Virus record (IMG/VR): IMGVR_UViG_3300044638_006750
Location: 62,001-126,000 of that record
Length of the DNA: 64,000 bases
Reading direction: 5' to 3' (one strand)
The position numbers were made by a program, and so were the translations under genes. Every line of letters begins with the position of its first letter. Positions within the stretch are counted from its first letter, which is position 1. A model generated the notes under the pieces. It worked only from the letters and a program-made list of their open reading frames with translations, was not told where the DNA came from and ran no database searches. Shown piece by piece: positions 14,887-26,299 of the stretch.

Positions 14887-17475
14887 ATGAACAATATTAT
14901 AAAACTATTTGATAATGTAGCCAGTCTTTTTAGCTATACAAATGGCACCATTGTTCCATCTGGTCCCACACAAGGATATAACCCCATAGGATCAGGATAT
15001 ATTGGTAGTAGAGTTTCTTATTTAGCCAGAAATATATTTAATAATGGGGATGTGGAATTCGAGTCTGGTATCGGAACCATAGTATCTAGCGGTACTGGAT
15101 TGGCCATACAAAGACAAACTATCGCCAGTTCTTCTAACAACAATAATATTGTATCGTTTAGCACAGCCGGCACAAAAGCAGTATATATTGTTCCAAACGA
15201 GATAAATAATAAAAATGCTTTCAATAACTTCGTAAATACATCTGGATCATTCAGTATAGACTCATACAGAGCCACATATGTAATAGATTTATCTTCTGTA
15301 GATAGTAGCGGCACTCTTCCTCCGTCATTATCAGAAAATGCTGGACTAATTATCGATTTTAAAACCCAAGACACAAATAATCACTCACTAACAATATTTC
15401 CATCTGGCTCTCAAACAATAGATGAATTATCCTCATATATTATTGATGAAAATGATTATGTTCAATTTTTATCAACAGGATCAGGCTGGATATCTCTTGC
15501 GCAAAATATTATAGTTCAATCAGGAACACCACACGGACAATCATACTCATTACAAATTAATGATGGCAATGGTGGTTTTGAAGGATCTAATTTATTTACC
15601 AATAATAATCATGATTTATTAATTGGAGATAAATCCACATATACATCAATACTAAGAGCTTCTGGAAATACTGAATTTAATTTGAATAATGGCTCATATA
15701 ATTTTATTGTAAATGGAAAAGCTGGTAAAAATTTAGTATTCGATTCAGATGGTAAGCTAGGTATAAATATGCCAGCTAGCTATGCTCCTCAGGTTCCACT
15801 ACACATTCTACAAACAGCTTGCGCAGAAAGTATCAGAGTAGAGAATAGACATTCCTCAAATCCATCAGTTTTCACTTTGTATCATAGACCGACTACTGTT
15901 CCTTCTGTTGGGTCATCCCCATCTATTATTAATTTAGCTGGTAAAAATGATAGCGCTAATCAAGTTAATTATGCCGTTATCAAATCAAAAATTTTGGATG
16001 TATCATCTGCTGGATCTCAGGGTGCAATAGCTGTAGACGTTAATGATAATGGAAGTCCAAGTAATATTTTAGATATTAGTACTTCCTATACAAAAATTGG
16101 ATATAACAATACGGCATCAGATTCTAGCGTAATTGTTGGAAGAAATAATAATCTATCAGGAACAAATAATATACTATTTGGTCAAAATATTATTTATTCA
16201 GGTATTAATTCTACTGTTATTGGAAATAACAATAATCATTTATTGCTAACGGACACTAATATACTCATAAAAAATAGTGGATATCCAGAGTTAGTGGTAT
16301 CTGAAGGACGCTTAGGAGTAGGTAAAAATCCCTCATCTTCATTAGATATAAACGGAGATATTAGAACATCTGGTATCGTTTCGGATGAATATAAATTCAG
16401 CACAACATCCACAGATGGTCAACTGGTTTTAACTAGTGGACAAAATATTTATCCTAGTAATTATAATATTAATAATCTTATTGTTGGAAATAATAGTGGG
16501 CTATTAATTAAAAATGGAGATGTTACAGCTTCGGGTTTAGATAATATCTATATGACCCCAAGCGGTTTAACGATCAATAATGATGTATTTATCCCTAGTC
16601 TAACGAATAATTATCTACTAACGCTATCAAATTCTCAATTAAGCAATTATACTGCTATTGAATTAAATGCTTCAAATATTAAATTTGATAAAAATATTAA
16701 AGTAAATACAGATGTAGAATATACTATCAATAGCAACGAACCAGATATCTTTACAGATGGTTATGTGGTAACTAGTGGCTTGGTGATAGATAGAGCCTCA
16801 ACAATGCCATCGGGCGCTATGCTTATGCATATGGGTAATGGCGTCGCTCAATGGAAGACTGTCACAGGAAGCGACTTAATATTTAGTAATTCAGAATTAT
16901 CATGGAACAAATATGCTATTAGAAATGCTACTATAAATAGTTCTACACAAATTACTATAACAAGCAGTATTAGTGCAGAAGAGTTTGTTACTGGTGATAC
17001 TGTGGTAGTCATTAAAGACAATACAACTTATTATACTACAATTACTAGTCAAAGCGTAGTAGCAGGACAAACAGTATTGATTGTATCTGCTATGGGCGTA
17101 TCTTCAGGATCGGCCACAATCTACTCCGCGACTAGAGGAGGATATCTACTATCATCTGTAACAAATGGAGCAACTACTAATAGGTTTAGTATAAGACCAG
17201 GGACACCATCTATTTTTAATACTGGCAAAGCAGAAATAGATTTTGGTATATATGGAGCTGCAACAAATTATGCTCTTTATATTAACGCTAATTATTTAGA
17301 TAATAGCGAAGATGAGTCTCAGGTTGTTATTAATGGATCGATACCATACTCTGTTGGAGAACAGCAATATGCTGCTCTAACCGTTAGAGGATACTTATAT
17401 GCAGAACAACTTAGAGTGAGCGGAGATGTGGATATAGACTGTGGAGTTATAGTATTTACAGGAGTACCGTCATAA
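14887..17475 (+). CDS. Tail fibre-like structural protein (862 aa)
   Basis: N-terminal phage fibre motif (EFESGIGTIV...IQRQTIASSSNNNNIVSFSTAGTKAVY), a TLPP...TIFPSGSQTID repeat, and GIN.P...PLHI / GVGKNPSSSLDING fibre repeats. Confidence 0.75.
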   Translation: MNNIIKLFDNVASLFSYTNGTIVPSGPTQGYNPIGSGYIGSRVSYLARNIFNNGDVEFESGIGTIVSSGTGLAIQRQTIASSSNNNNIVSFSTAGTKAVYIVPNEINNKNAFNNFVNTSGSFSIDSYRATYVIDLSSVDSSGTLPPSLSENAGLIIDFKTQDTNNHSLTIFPSGSQTIDELSSYIIDENDYVQFLSTGSGWISLAQNIIVQSGTPHGQSYSLQINDGNGGFEGSNLFTNNNHDLLIGDKSTYTSILRASGNTEFNLNNGSYNFIVNGKAGKNLVFDSDGKLGINMPASYAPQVPLHILQTACAESIRVENRHSSNPSVFTLYHRPTTVPSVGSSPSIINLAGKNDSANQVNYAVIKSKILDVSSAGSQGAIAVDVNDNGSPSNILDISTSYTKIGYNNTASDSSVIVGRNNNLSGTNNILFGQNIIYSGINSTVIGNNNNHLLLTDTNILIKNSGYPELVVSEGRLGVGKNPSSSLDINGDIRTSGIVSDEYKFSTTSTDGQLVLTSGQNIYPSNYNINNLIVGNNSGLLIKNGDVTASGLDNIYMTPSGLTINNDVFIPSLTNNYLLTLSNSQLSNYTAIELNASNIKFDKNIKVNTDVEYTINSNEPDIFTDGYVVTSGLVIDRASTMPSGAMLMHMGNGVAQWKTVTGSDLIFSNSELSWNKYAIRNATINSSTQITITSSISAEEFVTGDTVVVIKDNTTYYTTITSQSVVAGQTVLIVSAMGVSSGSATIYSATRGGYLLSSVTNGATTNRFSIRPGTPSIFNTGKAEIDFGIYGAATNYALYINANYLDNSEDESQVVINGSIPYSVGEQQYAALTVRGYLYAEQLRVSGDVDIDCGVIVFTGVPS

Positions 17476-17954
17476 TGTCGAGCTTTAAATTTTTAAGAGA
17501 CGAAACAACTACAAACCCTCCAGCGCCAGATCAGATCGAGGTTGGTCAATTAGCGATCAGTTCTGTTACCGGTATAATATATATGAAATTAACTAATGGT
17601 GTGATTGTAAAATATTTGCCGGTCTTTGCTTCTGCTTCTACAGTGCCACAAATTACATTTAGTGATTTTTCTACTTTCTGTTGCACGGGAGATACTTTGA
17701 CTGCTACAGTATCTAATTTAACCGTTGGGGAAAGCTATACTTATGAATTTGTGGATTTAAATAATAATGGAGTAGAATTTACAGGAGATATTACTGGATC
17801 TTTGACGCCCACGTCGTCTAGTAGTCGTGATGTCAGTATTATATTAAGTATGGATGGACCAGAGAGTGTTACTCTAATAAAATTTATAGTCAAACTCAAC
17901 AATGTTATTGTTGCAGAAAATATAGCTTCTATATGCTGTAGAGCTTGTTCATAA
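17475..17954 (+). CDS. Small structural protein with an Mtd-N/hyaluronidase-N-like motif and one Cys-capped module A
   Basis: TAATG overlap with the previous gene. PAPDQIEVGQLAISSVTGIIYMK resembles the P...L..GELAIN...GKLF.K fibre N-terminal motif. Ends in ICCRACS. Confidence 0.7.
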   Translation: MSSFKFLRDETTTNPPAPDQIEVGQLAISSVTGIIYMKLTNGVIVKYLPVFASASTVPQITFSDFSTFCCTGDTLTATVSNLTVGESYTYEFVDLNNNGVEFTGDITGSLTPTSSSSRDVSIILSMDGPESVTLIKFIVKLNNVIVAENIASICCRACS

Positions 17955-17966
17955 TAGGAATAAAAT

Positions 17967-18908
17967 ATGCCAAAAGTTTTCAACTATACGATTAGTAAAT
18001 GCATAGATGGAATAGTTATACCATTTAGTGGCATACCTTTATCTGTTAATGAAACATATGCAGTCACTTTTAGTCATCAAGGATCGACCCCTAGTGGATC
18101 TATTATCCTCAATCCGAGCGGATATGCGTATACTCCAAGTTCCACAGGCAGCAATATCTATACCACTGCCCAAATTAGCGGAGTACTTGATTTAGCAAGT
18201 TCTCATTTAATTAAACTATCTATTACAAAAAATGGTACCAATATATATACAGACTTTGCTTCTATAGAATGCGGAGAATTGTGTATTACTCAAACACCAA
18301 CATATACTCCAACTGGAACACCGACTCCGACACCACCAGAAACACCAACTAATACTCCCACACAAACATCAACACCAACTCCAACCAGTACTACAACACC
18401 GACACCGACCAATACAGTTACTAATAGTCCTACTCCGTCAGAAACAGCTACTAATACGCCTACTCCCACACAAACCCCAACAAACACTCCAACCAACAGT
18501 CCAACCAATACAATTACTCCTTCTCAGACATCTACCAATACTCCGACTCCATCTATCACGCCCAGTAATACAGAGACGCCTCTACCGAAGCCGGTCGATT
18601 TCTCTCTTAGTTTTCCTGAGCATATTATTGATCTCGAATGCTGCTCTTCTCCAAAACTAATCAATGTAGCCTTAAGTGGTCAATTAAATAATGAATACTC
18701 TTATACATTTAGTAGTATTGATAATCCTGATTATGTAGTTTTTGATAATCCTAGTGGTATAGTATTTTTATCAGAACCTACAATGAATATTTATACTAAT
18801 ATTCAAATTCTAAGTGATACAGTTGAAAGCCTTATTAAGTGTCGTATTTTTGATGGATTTAATAATATCGATTCTATGGCAGTAGTAAGGTGCAATAATG
18901 AGAAATAA
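17967..18908 (+). CDS. Structural protein: module A - Pro/Thr linker - module A (313 aa)
   Basis: SD AGGA. PT tract at about 18288-18580, flanked by two Cys-capped beta-rich modules. Confidence 0.8.
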   Translation: MPKVFNYTISKCIDGIVIPFSGIPLSVNETYAVTFSHQGSTPSGSIILNPSGYAYTPSSTGSNIYTTAQISGVLDLASSHLIKLSITKNGTNIYTDFASIECGELCITQTPTYTPTGTPTPTPPETPTNTPTQTSTPTPTSTTTPTPTNTVTNSPTPSETATNTPTPTQTPTNTPTNSPTNTITPSQTSTNTPTPSITPSNTETPLPKPVDFSLSFPEHIIDLECCSSPKLINVALSGQLNNEYSYTFSSIDNPDYVVFDNPSGIVFLSEPTMNIYTNIQILSDTVESLIKCRIFDGFNNIDSMAVVRCNNEK

Positions 18909-18918
18909 CATCTTGAAC

Positions 18919-18928
18919 AGTGTATTAA
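18919..18928 (+). promoter_or_regulatory. Candidate late-promoter motif AGTGTATTAA
   Basis: The identical 10-mer occurs in the intergenic gap at 26271-26280. Lies 40 nt upstream of ATG 18968. Confidence 0.35.
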
Positions 18929-18967
18929 TTACTAAGAGGACAGTCGTACCATTAATAGGCCATAAAA

Positions 18968-19708
18968 ATGAACGATAATAATCTATCTATAGATTTTGAT
19001 TTTAGCCACTATTTTGATGCTGATACATTTGATATTAACAATAAAATTGTAGAGCTAACTACAGATCAGGTAAAATGTAAAAGAATTATAGTATCAGTTA
19101 TTGCAAATGGATTAGAGCTTGGCAGACAATATACAGTACAATATTCTCTCAAAAATCTAGACGATAACATATTTACCCCAGCAACTGAAACATTTTTTGC
19201 ATCCAAGACCACACAAAAATTCTCTACTGTGGCAACTATCAATGATAGTCAAGTATATATCATGAATGTACTTATCACGAGAACAGGATCTCCAACATCT
19301 GCATCAGATATGGTGACGGTAAAATGTGGTTCAATTATAAATTGTCCAGCTGTACCAGTACCTATTGTTTTGTCTGAATATGTTCGTTTTAGCAATAGAC
19401 CACTGCTAACGGTTGCAAGTCCATACAGGTGTGATGCACAAGTAAATATAGAAGCAGATATAAATAATGCAACTCTTGGAGAAAATTATACATATACATT
19501 TTCTTCCCTAGAAACTAATCCTAAAACCACCATATCCTTTGAGCCTGCTACTGGAGTTGTTTGTGCCGGAAGCGAGATACAAAATATCAATACAGTGGCT
19601 AAGTTTATTGGACAAAGCAATATATATTGTATTAAATTAGTAGTAGAAAATGAAAATGCTGAACAATTCGAAGATTATTTACTGGTTCAATGCGCTACAT
19701 GTAGCTAG
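18968..19708 (+). CDS. Structural protein with two module A copies (246 aa)
   Basis: Motifs GLELGRQYTVQY...FTPATETFFA and NATLGENYTYTF...FEPATGVVCA. Ends in VQCATCS. Confidence 0.8.
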   Translation: MNDNNLSIDFDFSHYFDADTFDINNKIVELTTDQVKCKRIIVSVIANGLELGRQYTVQYSLKNLDDNIFTPATETFFASKTTQKFSTVATINDSQVYIMNVLITRTGSPTSASDMVTVKCGSIINCPAVPVPIVLSEYVRFSNRPLLTVASPYRCDAQVNIEADINNATLGENYTYTFSSLETNPKTTISFEPATGVVCAGSEIQNINTVAKFIGQSNIYCIKLVVENENAEQFEDYLLVQCATCS

Positions 19709-19717
19709 GAATAAATA

Positions 19718-20365
19718 ATGTCAAAACTATCAATAAAATTCGACAATAGAAATCAAAAAGTAGATAACTACGAATGTTGTCCAAAAGGTATCATATTATC
19801 ATTTAAAATAGAGAATATGGTTCCGGGTGTTCAGTATAATTGCAATCTGAGCAATACTGGATCAGGAACAGCTGTTTTCAAACCCAATAACTTTAATATT
19901 ACTGGTACACAGATAGTAGAAAGTTTTATGGTGGTCGGAGAGCTAAAAGGGTCTAGAGTTCATGTAATTAAAGTTACAATAACAAACAATAATGATCCGA
20001 CAGACAAGGTTGAAGATATTATGACACTGGAGTGTGGACAACCTAAATTTGTTACAACATCCTTTGAACAAAATAATATTATTATAGATTGTGGAGGTCC
20101 TGACAATAGTTTGATAGGCAGGGCTTCTAATCTATTAATTGGAAATAGATATACATATAGTTTTACTCCATTGGATACTAGGGAAGTGGGCAATTTACAA
20201 TTTATGCCAGCTAGTGGTACTTTAATCGCTACTACAGAAAGCGAAAATATTAATACTTTAGTTCAATATACTGGAAGATCTAGATCAGTTATAGCCAAAT
20301 TAACGGTGACGGACTCATACAACAACTTTTCAGACAGCACGCTTGCCACATTAAAGTGTAAGTAA
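19718..20365 (+). CDS. Structural protein with two module A copies (215 aa)
   Basis: Motifs ECCPKGII...NMVPGVQY and NLLIGNRYTYSF...FMPASGTLIA. The SD overlaps the upstream TAG. Confidence 0.8.
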   Translation: MSKLSIKFDNRNQKVDNYECCPKGIILSFKIENMVPGVQYNCNLSNTGSGTAVFKPNNFNITGTQIVESFMVVGELKGSRVHVIKVTITNNNDPTDKVEDIMTLECGQPKFVTTSFEQNNIIIDCGGPDNSLIGRASNLLIGNRYTYSFTPLDTREVGNLQFMPASGTLIATTESENINTLVQYTGRSRSVIAKLTVTDSYNNFSDSTLATLKCK

Positions 20366-20374
20366 GGGGAATAA

Positions 20375-22675
20375 ATGTTAAGTTTACAATTTACAAAATC
20401 AATTATACAAACTAATAATCCAGATGTCTGCTCATTAGGAGTAGAAATCTTTTTAAATATTAGTGGTTTAATACCTGGACACAGTTATTCTCTAAATTTT
20501 GTCAAGATCACCGAAGATGGTATTGCTAGTTTTGATCCTCCTTCTGAAACTTTTGTCGCAAATTCTACAGCGATTGGTAATTTTCTGGTTAAAGTAGTAT
20601 GTCAGGATGCTCGATACTATATTTTCAATGCTTCTTTAGTCGATTTGTCTACAGAAGAAACCGTAGAAGATAACATTACTCTTGACTGCGGAGGCATACC
20701 TCCAGGTATCACTCCAACTCCAACCAATACTCCCACACCTACAAATACCCCAAGTGTTACTCCTACTACTACTCCGACCACAACAGTAACGTCTACAGTT
20801 ACTAATACTCCGACGAATACCGGAACGCCTACCTCCACGCCGACACCAACTGCTACCAATACTCAAACGCCAACCAATACTGTCACCAATACAGCAACCC
20901 CTTCACAAACACCAACTAATACTCCAACTCCAACACAGACACCAACGATTAGTATTACTCCTACACAGACAACAACAAATACTCCAACTATATCTGTGAG
21001 CCCCACAAATACACAAACACCAACAAATACTGCTACTCCTACACAAACGCCAACTAATAGTCCGACTAATACAACTACCCCAACGAATAGTGCAACTCCT
21101 ACTAACACCAAAACTCCCACAACCACACCAACAAATACCTCAACACCCACTCAATCTAATACTCCAACTATTACAGCATCTCAAACTGCTACTCCAACGA
21201 CAACCTTAACTCCTACAAATACAACATCTATTACTCCAACACCTAGTCCAACCAATTATCCTTTGGACGAATGTATTGGTACGGATAAACCAGCCTACTA
21301 TCTAGGATGCTGCACAAACAATAAGCTGATTTCTCCACACCACAGGATTCAGATTGTATTTGTTAACCTAAATATTGGAAATAGATACTTTTTTGACATT
21401 GTTGGAACAGATAATGTTAAAGTATATAATACTGAAGATAATTTTGTGGCTCAATATTATGAATATCTTACTACAGCATTTATTGCGGTTAAGACGGAAT
21501 TTTGTGAATTAAATTACTTAACTATCAATTTGTATGATGAAAATAGAAACTTGGTCAAGACAAGATCGGTCTCAGTATCTTGCGAGTCTGACCAGAATCA
21601 AAATGTAAATGATTGTCAAGGATCTTCTGTATTCTTTATAAATGAACCAGAAAATAGGAATATTTGTTTCTATTTTGATGATGAATGTCGTAAAATTATC
21701 AATGTTACTCCTACTCCTTCACCAACAAATACTGCTACTCCCACGACTACTCCAACATCGACTCCAACTCAAACATCGACTCCAACTCCAACGAATACAC
21801 AGACCCCAACTAATACTATAACTCCCAGTACTACCACAACCAATACTCCTACTCCAAGCGTAACCAGTACAAACACTCCAACCCCAACAACTACTACAAC
21901 CACAACTCCAACGGCAACTGTTACCAGTAGCCCCACAGCAACTAATACTCCTACTCCAAGTTTGGTTAATAGATGCGCTGCGAGAAGTTATTTACTGGTA
22001 AAAGTCGCAACAACAGAAAATTTAGGATATACTAATCTATCTGGTAGTTTTAGATCAGCAATTATGACTGGATTTAGAACTCCATTAACTATTGATGGTA
22101 TAATATTAAATGTTGGTGATTTAGTTTTAGTCAAGAATAATATAAGTAGTACTTGGACAGGATCAGATGTTTATACCGTACAGAATGTAGGAAGTCAATT
22201 CGCACCATGGGTTTTAATATCCTATGTTCCAACCTCTGGAGATTGGTGTACAACATTCTCTGACAATATAGGTGGTACAGAAGACAAGTATTGTCCTGTT
22301 TTTGTGCAACAAGGAAATACTAACGGTAAGACAGAATGGTTACTACCAACTAATTTCTCCACACAGGGCGCGATTCCATCAGCTTTAAGGTGTGTAGACG
22401 ATGTAATTATTAGACAGGTCAGATTAGCTACAACATCTAATATAACACTATCTGGTACTCCAGTTATAGATGGTGTTCAAACGGCAGAAAACGATAGAAT
22501 TCTAGTCAAAGATCAAGATGATCCTATACAAAATGGTATATATATTGTAGCAGGCAATAATACCGCATGGTATAGATCTGGTGATGTTAGAGATAATTTA
22601 AGCTTAATTACAGAACTTAGAGTATATGTGTCACAGGGTATCGTTAATAAAGACACTGTTTGGACTATAGGTTAA
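20375..22675 (+). CDS. Fibre-like protein (766 aa): module A, long PT linker, module A, PT linker, two phage fibre domains
   Basis: The C-terminal part has two copies of the common phage motif VR(V/L)ATT.N(I/L).LSG...IDG....GD(R/L)(I/V)LVK(D/N). Confidence 0.8.
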   Translation: MLSLQFTKSIIQTNNPDVCSLGVEIFLNISGLIPGHSYSLNFVKITEDGIASFDPPSETFVANSTAIGNFLVKVVCQDARYYIFNASLVDLSTEETVEDNITLDCGGIPPGITPTPTNTPTPTNTPSVTPTTTPTTTVTSTVTNTPTNTGTPTSTPTPTATNTQTPTNTVTNTATPSQTPTNTPTPTQTPTISITPTQTTTNTPTISVSPTNTQTPTNTATPTQTPTNSPTNTTTPTNSATPTNTKTPTTTPTNTSTPTQSNTPTITASQTATPTTTLTPTNTTSITPTPSPTNYPLDECIGTDKPAYYLGCCTNNKLISPHHRIQIVFVNLNIGNRYFFDIVGTDNVKVYNTEDNFVAQYYEYLTTAFIAVKTEFCELNYLTINLYDENRNLVKTRSVSVSCESDQNQNVNDCQGSSVFFINEPENRNICFYFDDECRKIINVTPTPSPTNTATPTTTPTSTPTQTSTPTPTNTQTPTNTITPSTTTTNTPTPSVTSTNTPTPTTTTTTTPTATVTSSPTATNTPTPSLVNRCAARSYLLVKVATTENLGYTNLSGSFRSAIMTGFRTPLTIDGIILNVGDLVLVKNNISSTWTGSDVYTVQNVGSQFAPWVLISYVPTSGDWCTTFSDNIGGTEDKYCPVFVQQGNTNGKTEWLLPTNFSTQGAIPSALRCVDDVIIRQVRLATTSNITLSGTPVIDGVQTAENDRILVKDQDDPIQNGIYIVAGNNTAWYRSGDVRDNLSLITELRVYVSQGIVNKDTVWTIG
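20710..21252 (+). repeat. Pro/Thr-rich linker (TPTNTPT-like), about 180 aa
   Basis: Translation is almost entirely T/P/N/S. The DNA is synonymously scrambled rather than an exact tandem repeat. Confidence 0.9.
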
Positions 22676-22696
22676 ATAAATAAGGGGTTTTAAGAT

Positions 22697-24823
22697 ATGG
22701 TAAAACAGGTACAAATCGGAAAAGATCAATTACGTTTTTCAAAACATGAAAACTCTGGTATAAATTGTCAGCCATGCCAGACCCCAACACCAACACCCAC
22801 AGTGGCATGTATTACTGTAAACCTTAAGAGCAACATCTCCTGCAATAATTATACCATCAAAGACTGTCTCAAATCAGTGTCTACTGATAAATTAACTTCT
22901 TTAACAAAGCTTGCAGATAATCAGCTGGTTTTAGCTGGTTATGGATCATGTCTATCTATAAGTGATACTTTGCCGTTATCTAGAGGCATGGTAGGAAAGA
23001 TAGATCTACAAACTGTTCAACAATCAGACAACAAAACAGTTACATATTTTGCTGTAGATAATGACTTTGGTAGTAAGGGCAAAGTCAACAGTGTATTTTA
23101 CAACTCAAACAACCTCAAGGTTTCTGCAAAATTTGATCACGTTACCACTCAAACAGTTTCTGGTCAAATTAAAATATTGGCGGCTGGTCAAACAGACTAT
23201 AAGGCTTTAATTGCTCGATATTCAGTAAGCGGTGTTTTAGATAGAACATTTGGAAATGGTTCCGGCTATGTTAATATTGATACTATTGCAGAGTCCATTA
23301 AACTATTAGATGTATTTGGTCTGCATATCCAAACAGATAATCGTATTTTATTATTCTGTAATGGTTATGACATTATCAACAAACGATCAATTGGTGTTAT
23401 TCTTAGATTAACTAATTCTGGCAATATTGATGCCACATTTAATAATAACAAAGGATATTTATCTCTCAGATCAGATTTATCAGAATTTGATGGTAGCAGA
23501 TTTATTGGCAAGGATGTATATAGTTACAATAATTCTTTATATATTGTATTCGAAACATTTTCTTCGATAACGCAAAATACTGTAATAGTAGCTGAATATG
23601 ATTTGTCAGAAGGTAATTTAGTTTCATCATTTGGAAATAATGGATATGTATATGCTAACACTGACAAAAAAAATACATATTTCCAGAATATTCTTGTCAA
23701 AGACAATATGATATATCTTGTAATTAATAATAATAATACTAGTATTCAAATCAATAAATACTCGATGAATGGTGTTGTTGGCAACAGCACAGAAAATGTG
23801 GTTATCGCAAATAATATTTTTAATATATCAGACATTAATAATACTGTCGGATCACTAACTGTAAAATTTTCTAATATTAGATGCAATTATTTAGATTTAG
23901 GTACAGAATTTATTTTATTTTTGAATGTTTCTATAGAGAATGATCCATTCAATCAACTAGGAGGATCACGACAGTCTCTTCTACACTGGCTAGAACAACA
24001 GTCCTTAATTAGTGGTAATTTTGATTATTCTGGGTTAGAGTACAGAGATTGTACAATTGTACCCTGTGACAGACAGCCAGAAGATAGCTATGGAACAATA
24101 AAAGTTAATTCACAAAATATTACCAAACATAATACGTCCTCTAGAATACTCTTCGGATATGTTAAACTCTCTAACGATCTAAAAACTGTTTCGGCATTAA
24201 AACTAGATAGGTTTAGTGCTCTAGACGAACACAATATCGTAAGACGAGTAATAGAGATAGAGAATGGCAAGTATGCTATAGCTGGATATTATGGTAACAA
24301 CACATACTCTAATTTTGCCATAAAAACAATTACTACAACTTCGGATACTACGTCTTTTGGACCTAGACTTAACGAGATAATAGGCTCAATAGACTTTAGT
24401 GATTTTTGCAATACAACAATAGCTACAGATGATGGGATAGTTGTTGAAGAATGCCCTTGTGCTCCAGCACCCTCTCCGACGCCAACACCCACACCTCCTC
24501 CGGTTACGAGCGATATTTTTATAGATGCTATTACAGATAGTTGCGATAATCAAGCTCCAACAGTAAATATTTCATGGAAGAAAAATAAAGAGTCTTTGTC
24601 TGGATCATATGTTGTACAAATTTCACAAGCATCAGACAAGACAGAACTTATTGCTGCATCCTTTAATGTTGTAGAAGATAGCACAACTGGCACTGTTGAT
24701 ATTAATGTTACAGATATAGACAGGAAACTGAATAATAAAACATGTATAGCTTCGATTTTAGACAGTACTGGATCGTCTGTATTTAGTAAAATCTTTGTTC
24801 TCAATATCAGAAATTGTACATAA
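22697..24823 (+). CDS. Structural protein with delta-60 (DUF5122-like) beta-propeller repeats (708 aa)
   Basis: ILAAG...LIARYSVSGVLDRTFGNGSGYV, IQTDNRILL, ILRLTNSGNIDATFNNNKG and EYDLSEGNLVSSFGNNG match the RL...G.LD.TFG..G delta-60 consensus. Confidence 0.72.
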   Translation: MVKQVQIGKDQLRFSKHENSGINCQPCQTPTPTPTVACITVNLKSNISCNNYTIKDCLKSVSTDKLTSLTKLADNQLVLAGYGSCLSISDTLPLSRGMVGKIDLQTVQQSDNKTVTYFAVDNDFGSKGKVNSVFYNSNNLKVSAKFDHVTTQTVSGQIKILAAGQTDYKALIARYSVSGVLDRTFGNGSGYVNIDTIAESIKLLDVFGLHIQTDNRILLFCNGYDIINKRSIGVILRLTNSGNIDATFNNNKGYLSLRSDLSEFDGSRFIGKDVYSYNNSLYIVFETFSSITQNTVIVAEYDLSEGNLVSSFGNNGYVYANTDKKNTYFQNILVKDNMIYLVINNNNTSIQINKYSMNGVVGNSTENVVIANNIFNISDINNTVGSLTVKFSNIRCNYLDLGTEFILFLNVSIENDPFNQLGGSRQSLLHWLEQQSLISGNFDYSGLEYRDCTIVPCDRQPEDSYGTIKVNSQNITKHNTSSRILFGYVKLSNDLKTVSALKLDRFSALDEHNIVRRVIEIENGKYAIAGYYGNNTYSNFAIKTITTTSDTTSFGPRLNEIIGSIDFSDFCNTTIATDDGIVVEECPCAPAPSPTPTPTPPPVTSDIFIDAITDSCDNQAPTVNISWKKNKESLSGSYVVQISQASDKTELIAASFNVVEDSTTGTVDINVTDIDRKLNNKTCIASILDSTGSSVFSKIFVLNIRNCT

Positions 24824-24832
24824 GGTAGTATC

Positions 24833-26269
24833 ATGGAAAAAATTAAGTTTAAAAATAACACACTCAATACTGTCATTGTTCCGGATAGATTTACCCTAAA
24901 AGGGTATTCTGTAGAAGCTATATATGTACATAATCCGGTAGCTAATGCTCCATGTAGTGGTGGACACACATGCGACAGAGCAAGATTTAATGTGCTGATC
25001 AATAATGTTGTGGTCTTAGAAGCTAATTTAAACAATAAGACAGAAAACTCAGACGGTACAGAAAGACCCGATCACCCGATAGCACCACCTGCACCATTGA
25101 TGTCTGATGGTATAGGATCAGATCCGATGGATAGATACTCTATTAATATAATATCAGAATCTATGGCTAATGAAATAGCCAATAATGATCCTCTGAACTA
25201 TACAATTAATATTTTCCCCCATCCTACCAACACTGATCCTCACACAGATATTACATGGGTGAGAATCAAAGATCCAGAAGAAAATATTGTTTATAGTAGT
25301 TGTTCTGCTGCTGGACAAGCAGTATCAGTTACAGAAGCTATTCTAGCTAGTCTGGGAGCTATCAAAAGACTAGAATGTCTTGATAAAGTTGTTCTCGAAT
25401 TCGATATTACAGACATGACGCCCTCATCTGAATATGCTATTAAATATAGAGTTTTAGATATACAATCATTAAATACAATACCTCTTAATGAAAAAACATA
25501 TATATTCTCGAACCCATGCTGCTCTAACAGAATAGGAACAGAATATTTAAATGGATTTATGATTACGCCAACATCTAGAAATCTTAGTTGCCAAGTCGAA
25601 ATGAGTTTGAGATGTACTCAGTCGGCTCTAATAGAGATTTCATTGCTCAAAAATAATACAACAATCAGTAGAGATATTGCTCAGATTATTTGTCCAGTAT
25701 GTAGATTAGAGACATCTTTCAATCAGCCAATTATAGATAATCCAGTACTCAAAAATATTAATAAAAATTTTACTATTCGTTTTAATAATTTAAGTTCATT
25801 AGGAACTCAGATTAATCAATCAACGGCTTTTGGAAACTCAGAGGACGTTCCAATAATTATACAAAATAATACTAAATACTTAGATACCCCTATTAGTCTA
25901 TTAGCAGATAATCTGACTCTTAATGGATATTATGAATATAAATTTCATATGATACCAAATAATTCACCAATTAATATCGAACCTTTATCTGACAGATTTT
26001 TTGCCGGTAGTTCGCAACAGATAGTCACAGCAATGTTTAATATGACAAGTAATCAGATATCAATACTATATGCTTCATTAAAAGACTTAGAAACTGGTAT
26101 TGTACGAAATAGTTCATTAATATATCTTGTAAATATCAATAATTGTACAGAATTACCAAAAAATATTGAGCTAGTAGAATATCCTCAAAATATATCTACG
26201 GAATCTGGCCTAGAGCTTGGAGAGGAGTGCGACCTGACAAAATTGGCAGGAGGTTGTATCTTGCAGTAA
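24833..26269 (+). CDS. Structural protein (478 aa) with an N-terminal C-x-GGH-x-C domain and divergent module A copies
   Basis: Contains VEAIYVHN...PCSGGHTCDRARFNVLINN, then module A-like segments ending IICPVC and INNC. Confidence 0.75.
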   Translation: MEKIKFKNNTLNTVIVPDRFTLKGYSVEAIYVHNPVANAPCSGGHTCDRARFNVLINNVVVLEANLNNKTENSDGTERPDHPIAPPAPLMSDGIGSDPMDRYSINIISESMANEIANNDPLNYTINIFPHPTNTDPHTDITWVRIKDPEENIVYSSCSAAGQAVSVTEAILASLGAIKRLECLDKVVLEFDITDMTPSSEYAIKYRVLDIQSLNTIPLNEKTYIFSNPCCSNRIGTEYLNGFMITPTSRNLSCQVEMSLRCTQSALIEISLLKNNTTISRDIAQIICPVCRLETSFNQPIIDNPVLKNINKNFTIRFNNLSSLGTQINQSTAFGNSEDVPIIIQNNTKYLDTPISLLADNLTLNGYYEYKFHMIPNNSPINIEPLSDRFFAGSSQQIVTAMFNMTSNQISILYASLKDLETGIVRNSSLIYLVNINNCTELPKNIELVEYPQNISTESGLELGEECDLTKLAGGCILQ

Positions 26270-26270
26270 T

Positions 26271-26280
26271 AGTGTATTAA
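26271..26280 (+). promoter_or_regulatory. Candidate late-promoter motif AGTGTATTAA
   Basis: Intergenic, 20 nt upstream of ATG 26300. Identical to 18919-18928. Confidence 0.35.
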
Positions 26281-26299
26281 AGAATAAAGAGACCCTACT

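Noticed and set aside
18923-18957. TATTAAT/ATTAATA inverted repeat in the 18908-18968 gap as a terminator
   Set aside because: It is an all-A/T 7-bp stem with a long loop and no T-tract.
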